DNA of 64,000 nucleotides, taken from the NCBI GenBank assembly GCA_951406725.2, contig OX597823.1:61814001-61878000 (forward strand), in the 5' to 3' direction. The position numbers and the translations under genes were made by a program. This document shows positions 49,633 through 61,530 of the stretch, piece after piece (the stretch's first letter is position 1; every line of letters starts with the position of its first letter). The notes under the pieces are model-generated. The model did no database searches. It was not told where the DNA came from and worked only from the letters and a program-made list of their open reading frames with translations. The stretch is from Octopus vulgaris. Taxonomy: Eukaryota.

Positions 49633-50433
49633 TGTATGTATGTATGTATGTATGTATGTATATATGCTTGTGTGTGTAGATGTGAGTGTGTGTGTGAGAG
49701 AGAGAGAAAGAGAGAGAGTGCACATGCTTGTGTCTCCTTGTCTTCACGCTGGGTGACAGTTGTAACTGAGTGTCACTGTCATACAAGCAGTGTCATTCAT
49801 TTCCTATATGCTGCATAAACACAATGAGTCATGGAGAAATATCACCTTGCTTAGAAGCAGGTGAGGACTGGCAACAGCAAGATTTGACCATGAAAAATCT
49901 TCCTCACTTAAATCTGTCCAACCCATGCAAGCATAGAAAAGTGGATGCTAAAACAATGGCAATGATGATTATAATGGTGCTGGTGGTGGCAATAGTGGTG
50001 GTGGCTTTGGCGGTGGTGGTGCAAAGCTCTTATGCCCTAACATCCGTTTTTGCATGTTATAATGGCTAATTGAAAACACCAACAATTATAAGTCATCTGT
50101 AGCCAATAACTTTATTGATTTCCAGTAACTTTTCAACAAGGTAAACAGCAATGTTATGTGGCAAAATCATTAGAAAGTATGAAATATCTGAACATGTATA
50201 GGGTAGTGTGGGAATGACAGAGTGTTTTGTTGTTAAAATTGGTGTGAGATATTAGACAATGCTGTGTTATGTCATCATTTCCATTTCAGTCTCGTTATAG
50301 ATTTTGAATTGAGGCAGGTTGATCAAAGACATTGACACATTTGTGACAAGAATAAAATGTTATGTGATTTGGAGTTTACCAGTGATATTGTGTTGACAGA
50401 AAAAAAAAAACCAAACAAGTTTGCCAATGTATG

Positions 50434-50680
50434 TGATATGACGTACAACTTCTCGTTGTCACTGTTATAATACCAAACGTTCCTGATATTTTCTTATTAT
50501 TCTCCAACTGTGTATCTTCAACAAACACTCCACGATATCTCTATTCAATAATTCTTACAACCTGTACACCATGACTGCATATATGACACTCTTCCCAGAC
50601 TGTTCTGCGCATGCTCATTTATATTAACTAGTATAGTTCACTTAGCCAGTCACGGGGGTGTACAGATTCCCCATACAACA
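50434..50680 (-). mobile_element. Solo LTR (247 bp) with 5-bp TSD
   Basis: GTATG|TGATATG...ATACAACA|GTATG, giving TG...CA termini and an exact GTATG duplication. It interrupts the RTE remnant. Orientation is tentative. Confidence 0.7.
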
Positions 50681-51335
50681 GTATGAACTATGTGAAGTCT
50701 GCAGTGGATAAAAATTAGCTGCTTTAATGCAAAAAGAAAAAAAGTGAAAAACATGAATGTCCAACATCAAGAGGGCTCCAAGATCATAGTAAATGGTGAA
50801 ATCTTAGAAAATATACGTATTATTTAATCTATTTGTGTGCTATAATGTGTGCTGGTGGAGGCTGTGGCAGAGATGCCAACTCATTGTTAGAAAAGTTGAG
50901 ACAAAATTTGGCAAGATTGCTAAGATTTGGAAACAGAAACAAAAAAAGAAAGAAAGAAAGAAAGAAAGAAAGAAGGAAAGAAAACATTCATAAGTATAGC
51001 AACTAAAATTCCAGCCTATAGTTCAATGTGATTTTCTGTTCTTCAATGTGGCAGCAAATCTTGGTAACTATATAAAAGCAATGAGGAAAAGACTGAATGT
51101 ATTCCGTCAAAGGGAAATACAGTCAGTATTTTGTATTTGAGATCAAATCACCAATGCAGAGATACTCTGAGGAATAAAACAGAAGGAATTAAGGATAAAG
51201 CTGAGAATAAGAAGGTTAAGGTAGTTGGATCATGTATTGAGACTGAGTGCTGGTGGAAGTATACGGAATGAGGAACTGAAGTGGAAATCTTTAAGAAAGG
51301 TAAAAGACCAAACTTCACATGACAAAGTGGTTTAA

Positions 51336-51555
51336 CCCTTTTGTTACTAACCCGGCCAAAACCGGCTCTGGCTCTGTGGTAAAATGTCTTATTTTCATAA
51401 GTTTTGAATTAAAATCTTCCACCAAACCTTAATCACAATTTATGTTCCTAACACTAGCTTAATGATAATTAAGTTATTTTAGTAAATTCTTTGTTATATT
51501 TAAAATAATTGAAAGAAACACAGAGCATCTCAAAATAAATACAGTAACGAAAGGG
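51336..51555 (+). mobile_element. piggyBac-type MITE with TTAA TSD
   Basis: TTAA|CCCTTTTGTTACT...AGTAACGAAAGGG|TTAA. Confidence 0.88.
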
Positions 51556-52044
51556 TTAAAAAATTTATCTTAAATCTGGCAAAAATAACTGAAAACCGAG
51601 ATACAGTTGTGATGGGCATGGGTGGACTGATGAGCAACATACAATGGAACAGACTAATATCTGCATGTGTGTGTGTGTGTGTGTGTGTGTGTGGTGGGAG
51701 AGGAGTGCATGTCTGCAAATGTATCTGTAGGTGTTTTGACAAAGTAGAAAATAAATTTGCAAACAAGGAGAAAAGTGAGTACAAGTAGTGAAGTTATTAT
51801 TTCTATTAAGAAGCTGACAACTTCACTAATTGTTTCTGTCTACCTGAATTCACAATGCTTGGGTTACCCCAAGGCTATGGTAATTATACTACCCAAGGTG
51901 TCACATAGTAAGATAATATATGTGTATATATCACTTTTGAACCAAATGTTTTCAGGTAGTCTCACTGCATGACACCACCGGCGAGTGTCTTCAGGCTGAC
52001 ATAAGCATTCTGAATAGATATGATAAATAAAAACTGAAAGCCCA

Positions 52045-52620
52045 GGTGTGGTTGAGTGGTAAGAAGCTTGCTTCCCAGCCACATCATTCCAGGTTCAGTC
52101 CCACTGCGTGGCACCATGGGCAAATGTCTTCTACTGTAACCTCAGACCAATAAAAGCATTCTGAGTGGATATGGTAAATAGAAACTGAAAATCCAGGTGT
52201 GGTTGTGTGGTAAGAAGCTTGCTTCCCATCTACATGGTTTCAGGTTTAGTCGCACTGCATGGCACCGTGGGCAAGTGTCTTCTACAGTAGCCTCGGACCT
52301 ACAAAAGCCCTGTGAGTGGATTTGGTAGATGGGGACTGAAAGAAGCCCATTGTATATATATGTATTTGTATGTGTGTATATGTATGTGTGTATATGTATT
52401 TGTGTTCTTGTTTGTCCTCCCGTCACCACTTGACAACTGGTGTTGGTGTGTTTATGTCTCTGTAACTTAGCGGTTTGGCAAAAGAGACTAATAGAATAAG
52501 TACTAGGCTTAAAAGGAAAAAAAAGTCCTGAGGTCAATTTGTTTGACTAAAACCCTTCAAGGTGGTGCTCCAGCATGACTGCAATCAAATGACTGAAACA
52601 AGTAAAAAAAGTAAAAGAAA
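52045..52620 (+). mobile_element. SINE family A with a tandemly duplicated 5' half
   Basis: AAACTGAAA..CCAGGTGTGGTTG.GTGGTAAGAAGCTTGCTTCCCA occurs at ~52032 and ~52182. The second unit runs to the full 3' tail. Confidence 0.85.
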
Positions 52621-52751
52621 TACATATATATATCACCGTGATCACCGTGACCGACCAGGCCATCAGATGTTGTTACACATCGCTGGTCACAATGCGCTTC
52701 ACATTGTTTTAGCCTTCAAATGATGCCACCCCGCTGGCTAAGCGAGCAGGC

Positions 52752-52865
<114 letters not shown>

Positions 52866-54135
52866 TGATAGATGTATAAGTTTGTGTGTGAGTGTCTTTC
52901 TGTGAGTGAATTCATATATCCCTTCGTTTTCTTGTATCTTTGTTGGTTGTAAAACTCTCATTCAAACAGTATTGTGGTTTTCTTTTTCTGTCACAATGTA
53001 CTCTTGTCTGGCCATGAAAGCTTGCGAAAGCTGATGTTAAAATGATGATGATGATGATTTGTCTGGGATATAGAAAGTTGGTGTAACAATTCTATTTTTA
53101 AAAGAAAAAAAAAAGAAGCATACTCTTGGGATTGTGTTGAATTCTGTAAGTAGACAAAATTGGTTGTCTCTTTTAGAAAATCTTGAATTTAAATATTGAA
53201 TAAAATGTTGAGCTGAATCTCATATCAATTTTTCAACTACATATACGATGATAAGGCTTTCTATTTCTATAATGCAAGATAATGGAATGAGGCTTCTTTG
53301 ATCTCTAGTTGTCTAGCTTCACTTCTATATTCAAACACCATATCAAATATATGTTATTTGCTGATTTCTAATACTTCGCTTTGAGAAGTCATTCAACACT
53401 TTCAATACATATTGAACTATAATCTTATTTGCATCTTCAAAAGTTTGCAGTCCAGCCTTTTTGACCTTATGAAGTTGTAGCACTCACACTACAAACATCT
53501 TTATTTGTTCATCCATTAAGTTGATGTAAAGATCTAAGGGTGACAATATTACTTATATTAAACACATTACTTGATCTTGGTTTGGTAAAGATAAAAGTCA
53601 TGTGTGAGTATAAGAATTCAGATAAAAATGTGATCTTGAGACACAAGTCCAATTTTCAGACATTCCAATTTATAATGACAAAACAAATATAGAAAAAAAT
53701 ACAAATGAAATTTTACTTAAAATTTTCTCAGCATGAATTTAGTACTTATATATGCTTCTTTTCCTTTGAAGTCATCATGGATACAAGTTTTTTTTTTTTG
53801 TTGTTTTGTTTTTGGCTGGGATGCAATATTCTATGATGTTTTAACGTGAGAAAAGTGATGCTAATTAGTGATATAAATGCAATAATATAGATAACATAAA
53901 TGAATTAGATATTAAGGTATTCAATGTAAAATAATATTAGATGTTATAAGCACTGATTTAGAAAGAGAACAGAGAAACAGTGCTCAGTAGAGGTCAACCT
54001 ATGTATTTATTGTTATCAGGTACACTACATTACCATTTACACCACAGGACATCTCAATCTAGATACTTAAAATCTATATTTTCTCAGCTATATTTTTTAA
54101 CTCTACTACTTTTATTTCCATGAGATAATTAATTG

Positions 54136-54347
54136 GTTTCAAATTTTGGCACAAGGCTTGAAATTTCAGGGGTGGGGCTAAGTTGATTACATTGACCCCA
54201 GTGATTAACTACTAACTTATTTTATCAACAAAGGATGAAAGGCAAAGTCAGCCTCAGTGAAATTTGAACTCAGAACATAAAGATGGATGAAATGCCATTA
54301 AGTAATTTGCCTGTTGTGCTAACGATTCTGCTAGTTTGCCACCTTCA
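54136..54347 (-). mobile_element. SINE family B copy with 17-bp TSD
   Basis: Flanked by CATGAGATAATTAATTG on both sides. Confidence 0.88.
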
Positions 54348-54424
54348 TGAGATAATTAATTGATCAGTTATTTTAGCAGAGCAGTTATAACTCTGTGTGT
54401 GTGTGTGTATGCATATATATATAT

Positions 54425-54456
<32 letters not shown>

Positions 54457-54496
54457 TTAATGTCATATCCCATACTTGCATGGGTATATGATATAT

Positions 54497-54902
54497 AGGA
54501 GTGGCTGTGTGGTAAGTAGCTTGCTTATGAACCACATGGTTCCGGGTTCAGTCCCACTGTGTGGCACCTTAGGCAAGAGTCTTCAACTATAGCCTTGGAC
54601 CCACCAAAGCCTTGTGAGTGGATTTGCTAGATGGAAACTGAAAGAAGCCCATCATATATATGTATGTATATATTTGTATGTGTGTGTGTATGTTTGTGTG
54701 TCTGTGTTTGTCCCACCAACATCACTTGACAACCGATGCTGGTGTGTTTACGTCCTCATCACTTAGCGGTTCAGCAAAAGAGACTGATAGAATAAGTACT
54801 AGGCTTACAAAGAATAAGTCCCAGGGTCGATTTGCTCGACTAAAGGCGGTGCTCCAGCATGGCACAGTCAAATGACTGAAACAAGTAAAAGAGTAAAAGA
54901 GA
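54497..54902 (+). mobile_element. SINE family A full-length copy
   Basis: Matches 30558-30972 end to end. Confidence 0.9.
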
Positions 54903-56429
54903 ATATATATGTACGTTAATTGCTCTCCACCCTTAAATGCAATACCGGAAGTCTATCTTTTACTTTTCTTTCCTGGTTAGTTACAAGCCCTGTCACCTCT
55001 ATACTCTGTATCTGTTCAGTGCATTTAACTCTATATGCCGGATACAATTATCCTCGACCAAATTCCTTGTGGGTAAAAAACAGCAGTATAAACTATTTTG
55101 GGTGAGCAATAATGACAGTAAGGGTGGGTAAGGCATACTGTTAGTCGAGGGATAGATAAAGTAATTGAGGTAGTTGAGATGTGGTGCTAGGATAATTAAG
55201 TTGAGACCAATCATAGGCTGCACAATAGAAACATTCATCTCAGTATATGCCCCCATATTCTTATATTCCATTGGTTGAAGTGTAACAGCCTATGAAATAT
55301 CAAAACATTATTATAACTTCATTTACTGTCTGCAATGGAATCTTAAATAAATAACTTTACTTTAATATATCTAATTTTCCACTATTACATAAACTAGAAA
55401 ATATCAATGATCATTGAAAACAATTTTTATAAATGATAAAAAATAAAGAAAGAAATCATATATTTCCTACCACAGATGCTGCTAAATGAAAATTATAAAT
55501 CAAAAGATTCATTTCAATGTTTATTTATTTTTCTTCAGCTAAACTTTTTATAAAAAAAAATACTATTTATATTTTTCAATTCCTTTATTTCTTTTCTCTT
55601 GTTTTATTTAATTCATTTTTTTTTTCATCGCTTCATATTTGTTTTGATAAGATGTTTTCCTATGCCATTGTTAATGAAAATGAAGAAATCAAATATAGCC
55701 TACAGAACCCAAAACAATGGTTTGACTGCAACTTTCTAATATAAATGAAAACTTGCAATCAATATTGATTGATTACCATATATATCAAGACTTCTTACAT
55801 CTAATAAGTTGTTTTTTTTTTTTTGTCTGTAACATATGACAAAATAACAGAATGGTTCGTGTATTCTGAATGTTTGGTACATTACTTTGCATATTCATAT
55901 TCTGCTATTCTGCTGTATCTCAATTTGTGTTTTTGAGCTGGTCGGTTAAATCTACTTGTTTCATTTCACCAAGCCTAAAAGATAAAAAAGAAGTCTTTGG
56001 GAAGTTAAACTACAAAGGTTTATCATCTTATCCGGAAGAATATTTATTCCACATCTAGTAAAGCATGCAGGAGTAAATTAACATTTGCAGAAGCTTGTTA
56101 TGTAATCTATTTTGTTTTAAGCAAATATTAATTCACAAGCAAATCGATGCTGAGTTGTCAAACATTTAAACCAAATTTTCTTAAAACAACTTGTCCAACC
56201 ATCCCATAGGCCTTCCCTTTGAGAAACACTAATTTAACCTAAATTTGAGACACCAGCAAAAGGAGAAATAAAGATAGATTTTTTCTATTCCAAAGAAAAA
56301 CGATATTATTCACACAAATATGCAACCAAAGAGCTTAAAGTACCAGTAATGATAAGGCTGTTGACTGGAAGAACACAAACATGGTTTAGACAGTAAGCTT
56401 GGCAGGAAAGAAACATGCCTTCAAGCAGT

Positions 56430-56670
56430 ACAAAAACAACAAAAAATGGAAGGTGCAGTTACGTACAGGTTGACGGAAGAAAAGCAGGACAAAAACGGCT
56501 TTATCGATTGCATTCTCACCTGGAATCGATTTTTGTAATTTTTTCAAGACTTATACACGCCCTGATACCGTCAGTATCTACATATTAAATTTGAGCACAA
56601 TCGGATGGAGGATGCCCGAGATCCTAGAAGACACACACACAGACAGACAGAACTGATTTTATATAGTAGA
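56430..56670 (-). mobile_element. Non-autonomous Helitron/Helentron-like element
   Basis: The minus strand starts TCTACTATATAAAATCAGTTCTGTCTGTCTGTG. The layout (AAATTT...AATCGG motif, CAGA microsatellite, TATATA.TAGA end) is the same as 15880-15996. Confidence 0.55.
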
Positions 56671-56982
56671 TTTGCTTCTATATCGTCAGAAAAGTTTGTT
56701 AATACCATCATTTAAACATCCATTTTTTTCCATGCTTGCATGGATCAGATAGAATTCACTGAGGCAGATTTTCTATGGCCTAGTGCCTTTCATGTAGCCA
56801 TCCTTCACCTGTTTCCAAGCAAAATGACATTTCTCCATAGCCAGATATATTTTTGCAGAATATTGAAAATGAATAACACTGCTTCTATGACAACGATACT
56901 CATTTACAATTATCACACAATATCATGACAAGGAGACACAAACATACACACACTCACATACATATAAACACACATACACATA

Positions 56983-57216
56983 CAGTAATCCCTCAACTAT
57001 CACAGGTGTTACATTCCAAAAACCCCTGCAACAGGTGAAAATTTGTGACATAGAAACAGTACTGTACTGTATATTTTTTTTATTATTATTTTTATAATTT
57101 GTATATATTTATTTTGTTATAAATGCAAAACAACACCACGGAGTAATCAAGCTTAAATAATAAACCACGATAGCTAAACTGCAATAGGTGAACTGCAATA
57201 TGGTGAGGGATTACTG
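56983..57216. mobile_element. pogo/Tigger-type MITE
   Basis: TA|CAGTAATCCCTCA...TGAGGGATTACTG with 13-bp perfect TIRs, internal subterminal repeats and an AT-rich centre. Confidence 0.8.
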
Positions 57217-57227
57217 CATACATATAA

Positions 57228-57269
<42 letters not shown>

Positions 57270-57275
<6 letters not shown>

Positions 57276-57459
57276 TCAAAGTTTTTTCCAGCTGTCGTTG
57301 TCAGACTGTGGCAGCCTGACAATGGCTTAGCTGGCCAAAACTTCAAAGTCACTGTTAACAATCTTGTTTATGAATAATAAATTTGTACATTACAAAAGTA
57401 TAGAGTAATCCATCAGATTAACCTAAAATTGTTTTTATTATAACTGAACATAGAACTAA

Positions 57460-57460
<1 letters not shown>
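57270..57460 (+). mobile_element. Fold-back hammerhead element, family B copy 2
   Basis: GGCAGC-CTGACAA-TGGC-TTAGCT-GGCC-AAAAC-TTCAAA-GTC-ACTGTT (57310-57356), preceded by a partial inverted copy. The tail is shared with 31005-31125. Confidence 0.6.
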
Positions 57461-57504
<44 letters not shown>

Positions 57505-57513
<9 letters not shown>

Positions 57514-57794
57514 ATAAAAATGGTAAGACAACAAAAGAAAGCAAGAGACCTTGATATTATGTAAATAGAGGAATTTATCTGTAAATGTAATATGTGTAGC
57601 CATAATAAAACTCCAAGTTTTGGATGCCAAGGTGGAAATCCATGCCACCATCTCTTCAGTTATCTGGCCATCAGAAAAGCATTTTTCCGATGGCCAGATA
57701 ACTGAAGAGATGGTGGTGTGGATTTCCACCTCAGCATCCGAAAAACTCAGAGTTTTTTCGTGGCTACCAAATAATTGTCACATATTACATTTAC

Positions 57795-57798
<4 letters not shown>
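57505..57798 (-). mobile_element. Fold-back hammerhead element, family A copy 2 (palindrome 57577-57798)
   Basis: ~100-bp inverted arms centred near 57680. Each arm has GATAA-CTGAAGA-GATG...CATC-C-(G/A)AAA...GAGTTTT. The tail matches 8530-8595. Confidence 0.7.
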
Positions 57799-57828
<30 letters not shown>

Positions 57829-58497
57829 CTAATGTAGGATAAAAATTTTTTCGGGAAAAAAATTTTATCAATGGCCAGCATAAATTATAATGGTTATTGA
57901 CAATTTTGTCTTTGTTTCAGCATATTTGGCATTAGAATTTTTCTTTTGCCCTTATTTTGTAAATTATATATATATATATATATACACACATACACACTCA
58001 CACACACGGTCACCTTTCATTTTCTGTCAACCAAATCCACCCACGAGGCTTTGGTTAGCCTCACAGATATAGCAGAAGATACTTGCCTAAGGTGCCATGC
58101 AGTGAGACTGAACCTGAAATCATATGGTTCATTGATGCAAAGCTTCTTAATCGCACAGCCATGCCTGTGCCTATGTGATGTCTGCACCATTTAAAAAAAA
58201 TGTGTTTTTAAATAATTATTAATTATAAAGTTTTATTTTATTCATTAAATTTGATTAAACAAAGTAATCTGAATTGGTAGTAATGATGTTAAAAAGCGTG
58301 AAATATGTTCATAGCATTGTTAATGAACAATACCAATAATATTAACTAATGGAAAAGTAGCCAAATGCAGAAATACCTGGAGCAATTTAACAAATATTAT
58401 TGCCTAAAATATGATGCCAAAAAAAATAAATTGTATGGCTAATCTTTGACAACACCAACGATCTAACAATTTTTTTGAAATTGAATATAGCTGCAGG

Positions 58498-58543
58498 TAT
58501 GGGTGTGCGATTGAGAAGCAAGCTTCTCAATCGCACACCCATA
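58498..58543. repeat. Perfect 22-bp hairpin with a 2-nt loop in a degenerate SINE A head
   Basis: TATGGGTGTGCGATTGAGAAGC-AA-GCTTCTCAATCGCACACCCATA. Confidence 0.9.
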
Positions 58544-58703
58544 TGATTGCTTCTCAATCATATGTTCACAAGTTCAGTTCCACTGTGCGACACCTTGCAT
58601 AAGTGTCTTCTGTAGCTCCAAGCTGACCAAAGTCTTATGGGAATTTATAAGCAAAGAATATTGTACATGCAAATCCCAATAATCCAATTTTCAGTGATAT
58701 ACC

Positions 58704-58918
58704 TATTTCTTTACTACCCACAAGGGGCTAAACAGAGAGGACAAACAAGGACAGACAAATGGATTAAGTCAATTGCGTAACTGGTACTTAATTTATCGAC
58801 CCCGAAAGGATGAAAGGCAAAGTCAACCTCGGTGGAATTTGAACTCAGAACATAGCGGCAGACAAAATACCACTAAGTATTTTGCCTAGTGTGCTAACGT
58901 TTCTGCCAACTCGCCACC
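58704..58918 (-). mobile_element. SINE family B copy with 16-bp TSD
   Basis: Flanked by TTTTCAGTGATATACC on both sides. Confidence 0.9.
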
Positions 58919-58933
58919 TTTTCAGTGATATAC

Positions 58934-59159
58934 CACTGATCTTTGGGTGTCTTGAGTAGTGTCACTCTGTTTTGAGCATTTAGACCAGATCTCAGTTCCC
59001 TTCTTTGCCCACACTTTTCCTGCAAATATTGATTTTGTAAATATTCAGATTGGGAAGAAATAGAAACAACAGATTCCCTAGTCTGAGAGGGGCCTGCAAA
59101 AGTCATGGAAACTGCTCCACCTCTTCCGAAAGCATGATAATATTGAATAGATTTTTCAT
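58934..59159 (-). CDS. Tentative internal exon of an unknown host gene
   Basis: Strong acceptor (T-run then AG at 59161-59160). A non-repetitive open frame EKSIQYYHAFGRGGAVSMTFAGPSQTRES...LLKTPKDQ. Possible donor TG|GTATAT. No recognised homology. Confidence 0.3.
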
Positions 59160-59469
59160 CTAAAAAAAAAAAATATATATATATATATATATTACTACAA
59201 TGCTTTTGCTTTTTATGTAACAAATGCTTGTTTTGTTTGTTTGTTTTCTTTTCCTTTTTATATTTCCCTTTCCATGATTTTTGGTTTGATTTTCATTTCA
59301 AAACCTCATTAATAATCATTGTTCTATGAATAAATATTTGAGTAATTTAATTACTAATTAAATTATATAAATTTTATAACTGCATCTAAAATATTTGCAC
59401 AGTTTCTCACACTACAATCACTAAAATTCAATGAGAGTTGAAATATCAATGATTGTGTGCATACATGAA

Positions 59470-59554
<85 letters not shown>

Positions 59555-59571
59555 GTATGTGTGTGTGTATG

Positions 59572-59638
<67 letters not shown>

Positions 59639-60174
59639 GTGTGTGTAATAAAAGTGGTGTGTGCATCATCTTTTAATGTTCACCGACCATGCTGGTAAGG
59701 GCTGAATGGTTTGAGAGGATCTGACAGGTTTGAGGGCTGTAACATGTTCCAAAATCTGTTTTGACTTGTTTTCTACAGCTGGATGCCCTTCCTAGTGCCA
59801 ACTACTTTAAACCATCACTAGTGGGATCCTATGAAGCTGACAAGGCTCTGTGTGTATGCATGTGTGTATGCATGTGTGTATGCATGTGTGTGTGTGTGTG
59901 TGCATGGGGGGGTGCATGGGTGTGTGTGTGCATTTTACTAGAAATTCCTGAGTCAGAAAAGTAGGCACTCGCATATTAGTTAACAGAGTAGACATACTCT
60001 TATTAATAATATATTATATTATAATCTCAAGTTAACAAAATTACTAATTGGTTTCATACAAGAAATCATGTGTGATTGTATATATATATATATATATTTG
60101 TATATGTGTGTGTGCGCGTATTTATTTATGTGTGTATGTGTGTGTGTGTGTGGTGTGTGTGTGTGTGTATAGGC

Positions 60175-60515
60175 ACAAGCATGGCTGTGTGGTAAGAAGC
60201 TTGCTTACCAACCACATGGTACCAGGTTCAGTCCCACTGTGTGGCACCTTGGGCAAATATTTTTTACTATACCTTTTTGAGTGGATCTGGTAGATGGAAA
60301 CTGAAAGAAGCCCATCATATATATATATGTATATGTTTGTGTGTCTGTGTTTGTCCACCCACCATTGCTTGACAACCAATGTTTGTGTGTTTACATCCCC
60401 ATAACTTAGCAGTTTGGCAAAAGATACTGATAGAATAAGTACTAGGCTTACAAAGAATAAGTCCTAGTTTGACTAAAGGTGGTCAAATGACTGAAACAAG
60501 TAAAGAGTAAAAGAA
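60175..60515 (+). mobile_element. SINE family A copy
   Basis: Matches 30558-30972 with small deletions. Confidence 0.87.
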
Positions 60516-60866
60516 TATATGAGTGACAAAGATGTATAAGTGTCAATTCCTTATGGCCATTTCAAGTGACTTCTTTAATTGATCAGTGAAAGCATTACTT
60601 CATTACAAAGGAAACCATTCTCATAAAGGACAAGTTAGATATTTAAACATCGTCATATAATCAATAGAGAGCAAATATTTACAATGGTTCCACTGCTAAA
60701 TTTTTTAGGCAAGAGCGGATTTATTCATTAAGTTGGATCGTGTCATCTGCATACACTGCATGAATATCAGGTGTAAAAATTTCTATGTAGAGTTTGATAC
60801 TCGCCTAATAAGTTCATTCTAACAAGTTGCTTCAAGTACCTAATTCAAATGAATCTAAATTACATG

Positions 60867-60943
<77 letters not shown>

Positions 60944-60944
60944 G

Positions 60945-61530
60945 TTCATCAACATCAAAATAAAAATCATATGGATATTGTAGTTGTGATACCCATGCCG
61001 GTGGCACATAGGGCCTCACAGAGGAAATGACGAAGACCAAGACCTCTGAGATATGCTGTGACTGTAAAGACCCGACAAATGAAGTGAGTTCGTGGCTCAT
61101 AGGATGGCCTGCTCTGCTAACTTTGGATCGTATGGTGGCCTGCTGTTCTTGAGGAGACCTATTGAATCAAGTACGTCAACACCAACATCAAAATAAAAAT
61201 CAAATGGAAATTGTAGTTAAGATACTCGTGCTGGTGACACGTAAAAAAGCACCATCCGAACGTGGTGTCCATGTCGGTGAAATAGCACCAACCGATTGTG
61301 GCCGTTTGCCAGCCTGCTCTGGCCCCTGTGCTGGTGGCACGTAAAAAGCACCCCCTACACTCATGGAGTGGTTGGTGTTAGGAAGGGCATCCAGAAGTAG
61401 AAACACTGCCAGATCAGACTGGAACCTGGTGCAGCTTCCTGGCTTCCCAGACCCCGGTCGAACAGTTCAACCCATGCTAGCATGGAAAACGGAAGTTAAA
61501 CAATGATTATGATGAGGATGATGATGATGA
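60945..61530 (+). mobile_element. RTE LINE 3' terminus: ORF end, 3' UTR, V-domain and (GAT)n tail (family D)
   Basis: A GLTEEMTK..DL*RYAVTVKTRQMK*-like end at ~61011-61087, then GGCACGTAAAAAGCACC repeats and GGTTGGTGTTAGGAAGGGCATCCAG. Confidence 0.75.

Larger units (their letters stand above)
46540..51330 (+). pseudogene. Heavily decayed RTE-clade LINE ORF, interrupted by several younger insertions
   Basis: Collinear motif remnants: YWNKLKK...LGRK...RWI (46590-46680), EDKEKWLE (46800), RWMEHFKEVLN (48490), DGIPDKFVKSSG and IWCDEKISKDW...IVKLPKK (48670-48810), RQCCVMSS (50260), DLEFTSDI (50365), VNGEILEN (50790), SIATKI...SVL...SW (50995-51065), RRLR*LDHVLR (51210-51243). Confidence 0.7.

Noticed and set aside
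54910-55287. Possible solo LTR (TGTA...TAACA)
   Set aside because: No target-site duplication and no second copy, so the termini could be chance.
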